A stretch of DNA of 64,000 nt from Nitrospirota bacterium (GCA_022545705.1 JACZQN010000001.1:940-64939), one strand, 5' to 3'. Shown: positions 28,034-38,098, counted from the stretch's first letter. The notes: a model not told the origin generated them from the letters alone. Numbers and translations are program-made.

Positions 28034-28816
28034 TCAATCCGGCATACGTATTCGCTGAATGCTCACGGCTTTTCCCAGCCTCCCATCGAGCTCGATCAGC
28101 ACCGCGCACAACAGTGCTGGCCCGGAAGCGACCTCGAAGCGGCGTGGCATCTGGGTCAGGAACTTCTCAATGGCCAGTTCCTTCTTGACCCCGATCACGG
28201 AATCCACTGGGCCGGTCATCCCGATGTCGGTGATATAAGCGGTACCCTTGGGAAGAATCTGCTCATCAGCGGTCTGCACGTGCGTATGAGTCCCCACGAC
28301 TGCCGTCACCTCTCCGTCGAGAAAATGACCCATGGCCATCTTCTCGGAGGTCACCTCCGCATGCATGTCCACGATGATCGCCGACGTTTCTTGCTTGAGC
28401 CGCGCGAGCTCCCGACGAGCGACCTGGAACGGGCAGTCCAGCGTCGGCATATAGACCCGTCCCATCAGATGCAGAACGGCCAGCCGTTCCCCCACCGGAG
28501 TCTCCACCACGATGCTGCCTCGGCCGGGAACCCCATCCGGGTAGTTGGCCGGACGCAAGAGCCGTGGTTCCTGTCGAATAAAGCCGATGATCTCTTTCTT
28601 GTCCCAGGCGTGGTTGCCGGTCGTAATCACCGAGATGCCCAGATCATACAACTCGCCGGCCAACTCGGGCGTGATGCCGAACCCACCCGCGGCGTTTTCT
28701 CCGTTGCCAATGACCAGATCTACGCTCTGTTGCACGACGAGCTTGGGGAGATGTTTCGCCACCGCTCGTCGTCCTGGCTCACCGACAATGTCACCAATGA
28801 CGAGAACCTTCATCAC
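28034..28816 (-). CDS. ymdB: TIGR00282-family metallophosphoesterase (YmdB-like)
   Basis: MKVLVIGDIVG, GNGENAAGG, GNHAWD and GTHTHV metallophosphoesterase motifs. Conserved position downstream of rny. Confidence 0.88.
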   Translation of the reverse strand: MMKVLVIGDIVGEPGRRAVAKHLPKLVVQQSVDLVIGNGENAAGGFGITPELAGELYDLGISVITTGNHAWDKKEIIGFIRQEPRLLRPANYPDGVPGRGSIVVETPVGERLAVLHLMGRVYMPTLDCPFQVARRELARLKQETSAIIVDMHAEVTSEKMAMGHFLDGEVTAVVGTHTHVQTADEQILPKGTAYITDIGMTGPVDSVIGVKKELAIEKFLTQMPRRFEVASGPALLCAVLIELDGRLGKAVSIQRIRMPD

Positions 28817-28964
28817 TCACCAGTTCTGGCCGGGGGCTCGAGGCAAGAGACTAGGGGCAAACAGCAGGCACGAGGCTATGGGTGAGAGGCAAGGGAAAAG
28901 AAGTACCTTTAAATGCCTATAGCCTCTTGCCCCATGCCGCGAGCCTTCCCCAGAGCCTTTTGCC

Positions 28965-30542
28965 TCATTTCGCAACATCTATATATCGGCTTTCCCGGAT
29001 GACTGTCACCTTGATCTGCCCGGGATAGGTCAGTTCCTGTTCGATTTTCCTGGCCACCTCCCGAGATAACTGGAACGATTCGGTATCGTCAACTTCGTCA
29101 TGCCGCACGATCACGCGAATCTCTCTCCCCGCTTGGATCGCATAGGCCTTCTGCACTCCCTTGAACGTGGACGCCAAGGACTCCAGTTTCTCCAGCCTCT
29201 TCACGTAGGATTCAAGCGCCTCCCGGCGAGCCCCTGGTCTCGCGGCGGACAAGGCCTCTGACGAGGCCACGAGCACGGTCTCCACACAGATCGGTTCCAC
29301 CTGCTCGTGGTGGCCGGCGATGGCGTTGACCACTTTTGCGGACTCCCCATAGCGCTTGGCGATGTCGGCGCCCAGCATGGCGTGCGGCCCCTCTTCCTCG
29401 TGGCTGACAGCCTTCCCGATGTCGTGGAGGAGCGCCCCTCGTTTGGCGAGTGCCACGTTCAGCCCCAACTCTGCCGCCATCGTCCCGCAGATATAGGCGG
29501 CCTCTCGGGCATGGTACAGATTGTTTTGTCCGTAACTGGTCCGGTACTTCAACCGCCCCAGGACCTTCACGAGCTCGGGGTGGAAATCCGACAGACCGAG
29601 TTCAAAGATGATCTTCTCCGCTTCTTCGACCATGAGTTTATCAATGTCGGTTTTCACCTTCTCGACGATTTCTTCGATGCGCGTCGGGTGAATCCGCCCA
29701 TCGTGCATCAACCGTTCCAGCGAGACCTTGGCTATTTCTCGACGGAGGGGATCGAAGCCAGAGAGAACCACCGCCTCCGGCGTCTCGTCAATAATCACAT
29801 CTATGCCCGTCGCAGCCTCGAGTGCCCGGATATTGCGCCCCTCGCGCCCGATGATTCGGCCCTTCATGGCGTCGTTGGGAATTGGAAGCACGGAGATCGT
29901 GGCCTCCGACACATAGTCTCTGGTGACACGTTGAATGGACCTGGCAATAATCTCACGTGCTTCCCGCTCTGCGCCCTCCTTCGCTTCGTCAATGATACGC
30001 TTCGTGCTCCCAGCGGATTCCAGCCGAGCCTCGCTCTCGATCTCCGAGACGAGCTGTCGTTTCGCGTCTTCGACCGTCAGACCTGCTACGCGTTCCAGCG
30101 CCTGCCGGTGCTCCTTGACCGCCCGGTTGCAGGCAGTCTCTGACGCAGCCAGCGCTTCATCCCGTTTCGTCAGCAGCCCTTCCCGCTTCTGCGATTCGAG
30201 CTCGCGGCGCTCCAACACGCTCGCCTTGGCTCCCAAGCTCTCTTCTTGCTTGGTCAGGCGCTTCTCCTCGACAGCCAACCCAGCAGCTTTCGCCTTTTCG
30301 TCACGCTCCGCCTCACTCTTTGCCTGAATGAGCAGAGCCTTGGCTTCGAGTTTCGCCTCTTTGGCCAGGCTCTCGGCTTCGCGTCTCGCCCCTTGCGCAA
30401 TCTGCTGTGCCTGCTCCTCAGCTTGATTGCGCTGAGCTTTCAGCCAGGCACGCCGGAGCAAGAGGTAGACACCTACCCCGATCAGTCCCCCCAATATTCC
30501 CACGAGCACATAGGCGGATATAGCGGTAAAAATGGGATTCAC
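28965..30542 (-). CDS. rny: ribonuclease Y
   Basis: N-terminal TM, coiled coil, KH domain GRIIGREGRNIRALE and HD domain LLHDIGKAV. GTG start. Confidence 0.92.
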   Translation of the reverse strand: MNPIFTAISAYVLVGILGGLIGVGVYLLLRRAWLKAQRNQAEEQAQQIAQGARREAESLAKEAKLEAKALLIQAKSEAERDEKAKAAGLAVEEKRLTKQEESLGAKASVLERRELESQKREGLLTKRDEALAASETACNRAVKEHRQALERVAGLTVEDAKRQLVSEIESEARLESAGSTKRIIDEAKEGAEREAREIIARSIQRVTRDYVSEATISVLPIPNDAMKGRIIGREGRNIRALEAATGIDVIIDETPEAVVLSGFDPLRREIAKVSLERLMHDGRIHPTRIEEIVEKVKTDIDKLMVEEAEKIIFELGLSDFHPELVKVLGRLKYRTSYGQNNLYHAREAAYICGTMAAELGLNVALAKRGALLHDIGKAVSHEEEGPHAMLGADIAKRYGESAKVVNAIAGHHEQVEPICVETVLVASSEALSAARPGARREALESYVKRLEKLESLASTFKGVQKAYAIQAGREIRVIVRHDEVDDTESFQLSREVARKIEQELTYPGQIKVTVIRESRYIDVAK

Positions 30543-31095
30543 CCCCTTTTACTAGTCATGCTGCAGGAGTTTCCGGCGACGATATTCCTAAGATTCGTCT
30601 GACCGTTCACTGAGGACAGAAGACAGCGGGGAGGAACTGCGCGCGGTGAGAGCCGAAACCCTTGAGATTCAGACCACGAGGCGAGAAGCGAGACGCAGAA
30701 CGGTTACGCAGAAGGACGACACACCACCGGTAAAGCGAGCCGAAATCTACATTCCGTGGGAGAACACCCCAGAGCGGACCCTCGCCGCACTCGGCCGGCG
30801 ACCGTGCCCGGAACAGGGTACTCTCTCTCCCCGTGACTCATTGCCCGCCGTCTCCCGTCATGGACCGGGGCTGGACCGATACGCCACAGGATTCGTTGAC
30901 TCACAATATCCTCTCTTGGTTCGCCCTACCGTTATCCAACAACCAAACTATGGATCTGTGTCACTTTCTGCACTGTCAGTCAGTGCCGCTTTGCGTTTTC
31001 AGCCTCGTAGAGTCGTTTCTCTCCGCGTTCTCCCGTCACCCCTCACGGGGCCATCAGTAGCCTACCAAATACGAGCCGGCAATTCAACAGGAAAC

Positions 31096-31392
31096 TCATC
31101 GCTTCCGCACGGGCTCGAGCTGTTCCTCGATTGATTCCATCAAGCAGAGAGCCCGTCGCTCAACTTCCGCTTCATTTTGCTCCCGACGCTGCTCCGCCTG
31201 AAACAGCTCATGGGCAATGTTGATCGCAGCCAGCACCGCCAGCCTCGAGAGGGTGGCGGTTTTCATGCCTTCCGATACCCGTCGGATCTCTTCATCCACA
31301 TAGCGAGCTACCCGCTTGACATAGTCTTCCTCCGCATCGCCGGTGAGGACGTACCGTTGACTATAGATCTCAACCTCGATGGTCTTTGTCAA
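31096..31392 (-). CDS. zapA: cell division protein ZapA
   Basis: IEVEIYSQRYVLTGDAEEDYVKRVARYVDEEI...LAVLAAINIAHEL is ZapA-like. I prefer TTG 31392 because of the AAGGAGG RBS 6 nt upstream; the ORF track's start at 31425 is also a TTG, without an RBS. Confidence 0.8.
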   Translation of the reverse strand: MTKTIEVEIYSQRYVLTGDAEEDYVKRVARYVDEEIRRVSEGMKTATLSRLAVLAAINIAHELFQAEQRREQNEAEVERRALCLMESIEEQLEPVRKR

Positions 31393-31639
31393 ACGCCACC
31401 TCCTTGGATCTCCCCGTGTACTCAAGGGAATCCAGTTCGCCCATGACCTTTTCGATCCGCCTCCTGATTTGGACTCGCTCCTCGACCCATCGGTGGCTGG
31501 CCTGCTCCTGGGTCGACAACCGTTCGCGGGCCGCTTGCACAGTTCCTTTCAATTCAGCGTTCTCGCGTTTCAGGCTCTGAAGCAATTCCACCAGCCCGCG
31601 GATGCGCGCTTCCAGGGATTCCATCTTGTCCAGCGCCAT
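31370..31639 (-). CDS. zapB: ZapB-like coiled-coil cell division protein
   Basis: MALDKMESLEARIRGLVELLQSLKRENAELK heptad pattern like ZapB. Immediately upstream of, and overlapping, zapA. GGAGAGGGAGA RBS. Confidence 0.6.
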   Translation of the reverse strand: MALDKMESLEARIRGLVELLQSLKRENAELKGTVQAARERLSTQEQASHRWVEERVQIRRRIEKVMGELDSLEYTGRSKEVAFDKDHRG

Positions 31640-31666
31640 TCTCCCTCTCCATCCTGCTCACCGACG

Positions 31667-31778
31667 ATTGAATCATCGAAGAATTGAGTCATTGTTTCAT
31701 TGACGATCGGCTCATTGAAGAATGTGATCATTGAGTCATTGGAGAATGATTCAATCGGCAGTGTTGCCATGAATCAAT
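31667..31778. repeat. cluster of seven ATGAYTCAAT / TCATTGA motif copies upstream of zapB
   Basis: ATTGAATCAT at 31667; ATTGAGTCAT at 31683 and 31730; TCATTGA at 31697, 31712 and 31728; ATGATTCAAT at 31747; ATGAATCAAT at 31769. All lie in the gap between the slt stop and the zapB start. Confidence 0.65.
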
Positions 31779-31809
31779 CAGACCAACGATCTCACGAACT
31801 ATAAAAGTC

Positions 31810-34044
31810 TCAACACACCTTGTCAAGGGAACGCGAGTCACACCCGCCACGTTCCAGGCGATGATACTCCCGGTAGCTCCGGAGCACTCGTTTCACATAC
31901 CGACGCGTCTCACGATACGGGATCAGTTCAACGAACTCGTCGAGCTCTGTGTCACCCCGCTCTTGAATCCAGCGAGACACCGCTCGAGGTCCCGCATTGT
32001 AAGCCGCCACCGCGTACAGCACCTTCCCGTCGAACTCCTCCAACAATTGCTCCAAGTACCGGACACCGAGCAAAATGTTGATCTCTTGACTCAACAACTC
32101 ATGTCGGTCCACGCCAGAAATCCCCAGTTGCTGAGCTACCCGATGAGCCGTGGCCGGCATCAGTTGCATGAGGCCCAGCGCTCCCACCGGCGAGATCGCC
32201 TGCGCATCATAATGGCTTTCCTCTCGAATGATGGCCGCCACGAGATAGGGGTCCACACGAGGGCCGGCGTGGGCGCGGATCACGGGAAGGTACGCGGTCG
32301 GATAAGCCACGCTCCACAGCGCGGGGGGAGCTGGCTTCCCGCCAAACTCCAAGCTGACACGAAAGTGACGCCTCGCCAGCCGGATCGCCTGATGATAGGC
32401 CCCAACCTCGTTCAACAGCGTTGAGAGCTCCACCAGGCCTTCGCGATCGCGCGCATAACGATTCACTAAGGAAGCCAGTTCCCGACTGGCGTCTGCATCC
32501 ATCCCCAGGAGCTTCAGCTCAAGCGCTCGCCGGTAATGGATGTCCCGTGCCATCTTGGATCGTGTGTCAATCGGAACGGCACCAGTTTGATCGTCCGGCA
32601 CGGGCAGCTCGAGGGTGAGGGGCACACGCTCGCGAGCTATCTGGCAGTAGTAGGTCAGGGGGTACTCCCGGCACAAACGCCGATAGGTTTTTGAGGCCTT
32701 GGGGTCGCGTTCACGATCGAAAGCCCGCGCCATCCAGTACAGCGCCTGGGAGGTCAGGCTGTTATTCCCCGTCCCATCGGCCAGCTCCCGAAGGGTTTTC
32801 ACCGAGTCACGGTACCGACCTGTTCGGTACTGAATCCATCCAATCCGCCAGAGCGCCTCCGCATGCCGCCGGGACACCTTGCCCAGCTGCGCCACCTTCT
32901 GATAGGCGGAGATCGCCCGCTCAAACTGACCGTGATCCTCGAGCCAGATACCCGTGAAAAAGAGGATGTCGGCTTGCTGCGCAGAGGTCAGCCCGCGCTG
33001 TGAAAGCGAGCGGCGCAGGGCGAGTAACCGCTTGCCGGCATCCTGCCTGAGATAGATCCGCGCCAGCCATACGGCAGCCTTGCCCGCTTCGGCCCGCTGC
33101 CCAGCAGCGACCTGCTCGAATACCTCCCGCGCTTGATCGTATCGTTTCAGCCGAACGAACGCGGTGCCGAGCTTGAGCCTTGCCTCGTCACGCAGGGGAT
33201 GGTCCGGAGCGGCAGACAGAAACTCTTCCAGCTCATCAATGGCCCTATCGTGTAATGACCGTGACAGAAACGAGGTCGCCCGGTCGTAGCGGTCCTCGGG
33301 TGTCGGTTGCCAGGCTTCACCCGTTGCGCTTTCCGACAAGCGCGCGATCGCCTCATCTGCCTCTGGCGTCTGCGGATACTGCAGCCAGAGCTGCCTCAGT
33401 GTCGCGACGCCCGCCTCACGTTGGGCCTCGCGAAGTTGACAATCAGCCAGGCTCAGCAACGCTGGCGCAGCGTCGCGATCATTCGAGTCCAGGGTGAGAG
33501 CGAAGCTGAGCCACTCGCTTGCCCTGTCACACCTGCCGGCTCGGTACCAGGCCTCGCCGCCTCGAAACGCCGCACGGCTTCTGAGTAGCGTGTCCGGCAC
33601 GAACTCGTGGATAGACTCAAACAAGAGAGCGGCGCGCGACACATCACCCATTCTCAGCAAGGCCTCTCCCATCCAAAGCCGGATATAGTCTTCCAGAATC
33701 CGCAGATCTCGCCGAGCCGCTCGCAGGAAAAGGAGCGCCTCGGCCGGCTGACGCTCGGCCAGGCTCATGCCTAACAAGAGGCTGGCGCGCTTGGCCCAGA
33801 GCGATCCGGGAAACCGTTCCCTGAGCACCTGCAGTCGGCGGATTTTCACCGTCAGCCGGCTTTCGGGGGACAGCGAAGCAACGGGCTCACTGACCGCCTT
33901 CTCAAAACATTCCTCAGCTGACTCGCAGACAAATGCCGCGAGATCAAGGGAGACATCGTCCTCGACTGCGACCGTGGGGCTGACAAGCAGAGCGAAAAAA
34001 GGAAGAACAAGGAGGAAGGTGCTGATTCGCTTTGGAAGCGACAT
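31810..34044 (-). CDS. slt: soluble lytic murein transglycosylase (Slt70-like, TPR/superhelical N-domain)
   Basis: Signal peptide. C-terminal SLT catalytic motif ESHYDAQAISPVGALGLMQLMPATA...AAYNAGP. Confidence 0.88.
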   Translation of the reverse strand: MSLPKRISTFLLVLPFFALLVSPTVAVEDDVSLDLAAFVCESAEECFEKAVSEPVASLSPESRLTVKIRRLQVLRERFPGSLWAKRASLLLGMSLAERQPAEALLFLRAARRDLRILEDYIRLWMGEALLRMGDVSRAALLFESIHEFVPDTLLRSRAAFRGGEAWYRAGRCDRASEWLSFALTLDSNDRDAAPALLSLADCQLREAQREAGVATLRQLWLQYPQTPEADEAIARLSESATGEAWQPTPEDRYDRATSFLSRSLHDRAIDELEEFLSAAPDHPLRDEARLKLGTAFVRLKRYDQAREVFEQVAAGQRAEAGKAAVWLARIYLRQDAGKRLLALRRSLSQRGLTSAQQADILFFTGIWLEDHGQFERAISAYQKVAQLGKVSRRHAEALWRIGWIQYRTGRYRDSVKTLRELADGTGNNSLTSQALYWMARAFDRERDPKASKTYRRLCREYPLTYYCQIARERVPLTLELPVPDDQTGAVPIDTRSKMARDIHYRRALELKLLGMDADASRELASLVNRYARDREGLVELSTLLNEVGAYHQAIRLARRHFRVSLEFGGKPAPPALWSVAYPTAYLPVIRAHAGPRVDPYLVAAIIREESHYDAQAISPVGALGLMQLMPATAHRVAQQLGISGVDRHELLSQEINILLGVRYLEQLLEEFDGKVLYAVAAYNAGPRAVSRWIQERGDTELDEFVELIPYRETRRYVKRVLRSYREYHRLERGGCDSRSLDKVC

Positions 34045-34194
34045 GGCTAAGACAGAGCTGGTGTTGGTGGCGCCCTTGAAAGACCTATTATACCAGAGGC
34101 CACCGCCGTGGAGGTGATCGGCACAGGTCTGGCCGAGGAAGCCGCGCCAGCGCTCGCCTTGTCAGTCTGTTTGAGCCTGTGCTAGGCTCTCGCC

Positions 34195-35304
34195 ATGACA
34201 GGTTCCGACCAACCACGTCGACGGCAGCCAGCGGAGGGTATGGATCTGTTGACCCTCGACCTCGCGTCAGCCGAACAACTCGTGCGTGATCTCGGTTGGC
34301 CCCGGTACCACGCTCAGCAGATCCTCCGCTGGGTGTACCGGAAGCGGGTACGGGAGATCGGGGCCATGACGGACCTTTCCAAATCCCAGCGGAGCCGGCT
34401 CGCAGCTATCGCCTGGATTGGACGGACTGACACGTCCGACATCCTCCACTCCGAGGACGGCACGTCCAAATTCCTGCTGCGCCTCCAGGACGGGCTCATC
34501 GTTGAGACCGTGCTGATTCCCGACTCCGGAAGGCTCACCCTCTGCCTGTCCAGCCAAGTGGGCTGTACCTTCGACTGCGGATTTTGCTTAACCGGCAGGA
34601 TGGGCCTAAAACGAAACCTCAAGGCTCACGAGATCGTGGAGCAGGTTCTGACCGTCCAGGATCACCTTGAGCCCGGGCAACGGGTGACAAACCTCGTGCT
34701 CATGGGTATGGGCGAACCCCTGGCTAACCTGGATGCAGTCGGACAGGCGGTCACGTGCTTGACGAACGCGACCTGGGGGCTTGGGTTCCCTGCGCGGCGT
34801 ATGACCCTGTCCACGGCAGGCCTCGCGCCACGACTCCGGGAGGTGGCAGCGCTGGGGGTGAACCTCGCGGTGTCGCTGAACGCGACGACCAACGCGCAGC
34901 GGGACGCACTGATGCCGGCCGTCAATCGGCTTCATCCCTTGGAAGACCTGATGGCCGCATGCCGGGATTACCCTCTTCCGCCACGCCGACGGCTGACGTT
35001 TGAATATGTCCTCTTGGCTGGTGTGAATGACAGGGAGCAGGACGCAAGGCGGCTGGCCAAGTTGCTGAACGGAATTCGCTGCAAGGTCAATCTCATCCCC
35101 TTCAATGAGTTCCCCGGGAGCGCCTTCCGTCGTCCTGATGACACCGAAGTGCTTCGCTTTCAATCCGTGTTGAGGCAGGCCGGGTTCGACGCCTTTATCC
35201 GGAAAAGCATGGGGCGCGACGTCCTGGGTGCCTGCGGGCAACTCGGCTCACTCCCCGGCCGCCCTGCAGCGGTGGCCTTCACACCGGTGGGAGCGGCCAC
35301 CTGA
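34195..35304 (+). CDS. rlmN: 23S rRNA (adenine2503-C2)-methyltransferase RlmN
   Basis: Radical SAM CTFDCGFCLTG, MGMGEPLAN and C-terminal GACGQL. The start may instead be Met16 (34240). Confidence 0.92.
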   Translation: MTGSDQPRRRQPAEGMDLLTLDLASAEQLVRDLGWPRYHAQQILRWVYRKRVREIGAMTDLSKSQRSRLAAIAWIGRTDTSDILHSEDGTSKFLLRLQDGLIVETVLIPDSGRLTLCLSSQVGCTFDCGFCLTGRMGLKRNLKAHEIVEQVLTVQDHLEPGQRVTNLVLMGMGEPLANLDAVGQAVTCLTNATWGLGFPARRMTLSTAGLAPRLREVAALGVNLAVSLNATTNAQRDALMPAVNRLHPLEDLMAACRDYPLPPRRRLTFEYVLLAGVNDREQDARRLAKLLNGIRCKVNLIPFNEFPGSAFRRPDDTEVLRFQSVLRQAGFDAFIRKSMGRDVLGACGQLGSLPGRPAAVAFTPVGAAT

Positions 35305-35306
35305 GC

Positions 35307-36710
35307 ATGCACATCGCCTCCGCAGAGTGTCTCCACATGCATCGGCCTTGCCCGAGTCATCGTGCGCTCCTCCCGCTGATTTGTCTCTCAATTCTCGGTA
35401 GCCTCTGGCTGAGTCTCCCCACCCACGCGGCGGTGCACGAATCGGTCCTGGCCAACGGCATGAACGTGCTGTTGGTCGAGGTTCCGAAGGCCCCAGTCGT
35501 CACCGTGCAGATCTGGTACAAGGTCGGCTCGCGCAACGAAGTCATGGGTCGCGCGGGCTTGTCGCACATGCTCGAGCACATGATGTTTAAAGGGACGGCA
35601 CGATATCCCAAGGGGGCGTTTTCGCGGACTGTCCGCAAGAACGGGGGGCGCGACAACGCCTTCACGAGCCAGGACTACACGGCCTATTTCGAGATCATAG
35701 CCGCGGATCGTGTGGAGCTGGCTCTGGAACTGGAAGCGGACCGGATGCGGGGGCTCCTGCTGGATGAGAAAGAATTCCTGCTCGAACGGGAAGTGGTGAA
35801 AGAAGAGCGCCGTCTGCGGACGGAGGACGATCCGAAGGCTTTCCTGGTTGAATCGCTCTTTGCTCAAGCGTTTCAGATCCATCCCTACCATTGGCCGGTC
35901 ATTGGGTGGTTTCCGGATCTCAACGCCATGACGCTCGAGGACCTCAAGCGACATTACGACACCTATTATGTCCCCAACAACGCGACCCTGATCGTCGTCG
36001 GCGACATCGAGGCCGACTCGCTGCTGCCTGCGATCAAGCGTGTGTTCGAACCAATCCCCAAGGGGTCGGTCCCGCCGCTGCAACGGGTGGTCGAGCCCAG
36101 GCAGCAAGGGGAGCGGCGCATTATCGTCAAGCGGGAGGCCCACGTGCCGTTCATCATGGCCGGCTATCGCGTTCCGAACTATGCACACGAGGATTCCTAC
36201 GCCCTCAGCATCCTTGAGTCGATCCTCACCCAGGGCAAGAGCTCGCGTCTGTATCGGAGCCTGGTCTACGACCAGAAGCTCGCGCTGGCCGCGGGGGGCA
36301 ACTATAGTCTCCTCCAAGCCGACCCGGAACTGTTCTATGTGTATGCCGTGGTCGCGCCCGGTCAGAACATGGAGCAGGTCGAGCAGGCCCTCCACCAGGA
36401 GCTCCAGCGGCTCCGGTCCAACCTCCCGACTGAAGAGGAACTCCAGCGGGCCAAAAATGCGGTGGAGGCGACGCATATCTTCGGCCAGGATTCGAACTTC
36501 CGCCAAGCGATGCTGCTCGGCCAAGCCGAGACCGTCGGGGCGGGATGGCGCTACATCGGACAATTTGTTGAACGCATGAAACGGGTCACGGCGGAAGATA
36601 TACAACGGGTCGCCCGACGTTACTTTACCGAGGATGCGCGCACGGTCGGCATCCTGATTCCGACGCCGTCGAACAGGAAGTCGCCAACCACCTCGGGGGA
36701 AGCGGAATGA
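35307..36710 (+). CDS. M16-family zinc metallopeptidase (active subunit)
   Basis: Inverted zinc motif HMLEHMMFKGT and a signal peptide. An alternative start is at 35337. Confidence 0.88.
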   Translation: MHIASAECLHMHRPCPSHRALLPLICLSILGSLWLSLPTHAAVHESVLANGMNVLLVEVPKAPVVTVQIWYKVGSRNEVMGRAGLSHMLEHMMFKGTARYPKGAFSRTVRKNGGRDNAFTSQDYTAYFEIIAADRVELALELEADRMRGLLLDEKEFLLEREVVKEERRLRTEDDPKAFLVESLFAQAFQIHPYHWPVIGWFPDLNAMTLEDLKRHYDTYYVPNNATLIVVGDIEADSLLPAIKRVFEPIPKGSVPPLQRVVEPRQQGERRIIVKREAHVPFIMAGYRVPNYAHEDSYALSILESILTQGKSSRLYRSLVYDQKLALAAGGNYSLLQADPELFYVYAVVAPGQNMEQVEQALHQELQRLRSNLPTEEELQRAKNAVEATHIFGQDSNFRQAMLLGQAETVGAGWRYIGQFVERMKRVTAEDIQRVARRYFTEDARTVGILIPTPSNRKSPTTSGEAE

Positions 36711-38098
36711 GCTCCATCAGAGGGAAAACTGAGCGCAGGAGGTTTCCACGAATGCCCACGACCGTCGGGTGGCTGCTGGCGACGTGCGTCCATCTTGGCG
36801 CGCTCCTCGCCGCCCTGACAGGATCAGCACCAGCAGCGGAGCTTGCCCCGACTCGTTTTGTCATGCCGAACGGTCTCACCGTGCTGGTCATCGAGCAACA
36901 CGCGCTCCCGATCGTTCAGATTCAGGCTTTGATCAAGGCCGGTTCGGCTCAGGACCCCCCTGAGAAAGCCGGGCTGGCGAACCTCGTCGCCAGTTTGCTG
37001 GATGAAGGGACAGAATCACGGAGCGCGAAGCAAATCGCCGACGAGATCGAGTTCGTGGGCGGCCAGCTGACCGTGAATGCGACTGAAGATTATACACGTG
37101 CCTCCGCCCGCGTGCTGACCAAGGATGTCACACTGGGGTTCGAGCTCTTAGCCGATGTTCTTCTCCATCCGACATTCCCCGAGCCAGAGATCGAGCGCGT
37201 TCGGAGGCTGATCTTGGGTGAAATTCTGAGCGAAAAAGAAGACCCTGGTCTGGTTGCGGCCAAGGCTTTCTACCCATTGGTCTTCGCCGGTCATCCCTAT
37301 GGCTGGCCGGTGAACGGCACCGAGGAGAGCGTTCCCAAGATTACCCGATCCGACATCCAGCAGTTTTACGCGCGCGAGTTTCTGCCCAATCAGACGATCC
37401 TGGCGGTCGTCGGGGATTTGACGGTCAAGCAGGCGCGGGACTACATTTCCACGTATTTTGGCTCGTGGAAGCGCGGCCTCGATCGGGCCAGCAGCGCTGT
37501 CGCACCGTCGCCCGTTGAGAAGCCGATGACACGACTGATTGATAAGGATGTCACGCAGGCCTCTATTATCCTTGGCCACGTGGGGATTAGCCGTTCGAAC
37601 CCCGACTTCTACGCTGTGGCCGTCATGAACTACATCCTGGGATCTGGAGGGTTCTCTTCAAGACTCATGGATTCAATCCGTGGCAGACAGGGGCTTGCCT
37701 ACGGAGTTTACAGTTCGTTCGAGGCGAACCGAATGCCAGGTGCCTTCTTGGTCAGCCTTCAAACCCGAAACGAGATGGCAAACCAAGCGATCGCAGGTGT
37801 CATGGCGGAGCTCAATGGCATCCGAGATGCACCGGTCACCGACCAGGAACTGGCCGACGCGAAGGCGTACTTGATGGGGAGCTTCCCCTTGCGACTTGAC
37901 ACCACGGCCAAGCTCGCTCTGCTCTCATGCCTCGTCGAATTGCATGGCTTGGGCCTGGATTATTTCACGCAATATCCAGAATGGATTAAGAGGGTGACGA
38001 AAGCCGACGTGCTGCGCGTCGCCAAGCAGTATCTCCATCCCGACCGGTCTGTCCTCGTGCTCGTTGGGAACCTGGATGAAGCCAAAATCGGGCAATAG
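36707..38098 (+). CDS. M16-family peptidase (non-catalytic partner subunit)
   Basis: Insulinase fold without HxxEH. The ATGA overlap with the upstream M16 gene indicates a heterodimer pair. Confidence 0.85.
   Translation: MSSIRGKTERRRFPRMPTTVGWLLATCVHLGALLAALTGSAPAAELAPTRFVMPNGLTVLVIEQHALPIVQIQALIKAGSAQDPPEKAGLANLVASLLDEGTESRSAKQIADEIEFVGGQLTVNATEDYTRASARVLTKDVTLGFELLADVLLHPTFPEPEIERVRRLILGEILSEKEDPGLVAAKAFYPLVFAGHPYGWPVNGTEESVPKITRSDIQQFYAREFLPNQTILAVVGDLTVKQARDYISTYFGSWKRGLDRASSAVAPSPVEKPMTRLIDKDVTQASIILGHVGISRSNPDFYAVAVMNYILGSGGFSSRLMDSIRGRQGLAYGVYSSFEANRMPGAFLVSLQTRNEMANQAIAGVMAELNGIRDAPVTDQELADAKAYLMGSFPLRLDTTAKLALLSCLVELHGLGLDYFTQYPEWIKRVTKADVLRVAKQYLHPDRSVLVLVGNLDEAKIGQ

Noticed and set aside
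27767-28885. 372-aa plus-strand ORF
   Set aside because: It lies antisense to xseA and the ymdB-like gene, both of which have clear family motifs. The antisense translation has no motif and has biased composition.
29307-30143. 278-aa plus-strand ORF
   Set aside because: It lies antisense to rny (KH and HD motifs on the minus strand). It is a shadow ORF.
30646-31134. 162-aa ORF filling the zapA-rny gap
   Set aside because: It has R/S/P-rich composition and no RBS or motif, and it overlaps the zapA 3' end. The region is treated as non-coding.
31570-31770. 66-aa minus-strand ORF with repeated peptide words
   Set aside because: The repetitive peptide (…ESFSNDSMITFFNE…NETMTQFFDDS…) is a by-product of the DNA motif cluster. 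It overlaps the zapB start.
35388-36605. 405-aa minus-strand ORF
   Set aside because: It lies antisense to the M16 peptidase, which carries HxxEH. It is a shadow ORF.
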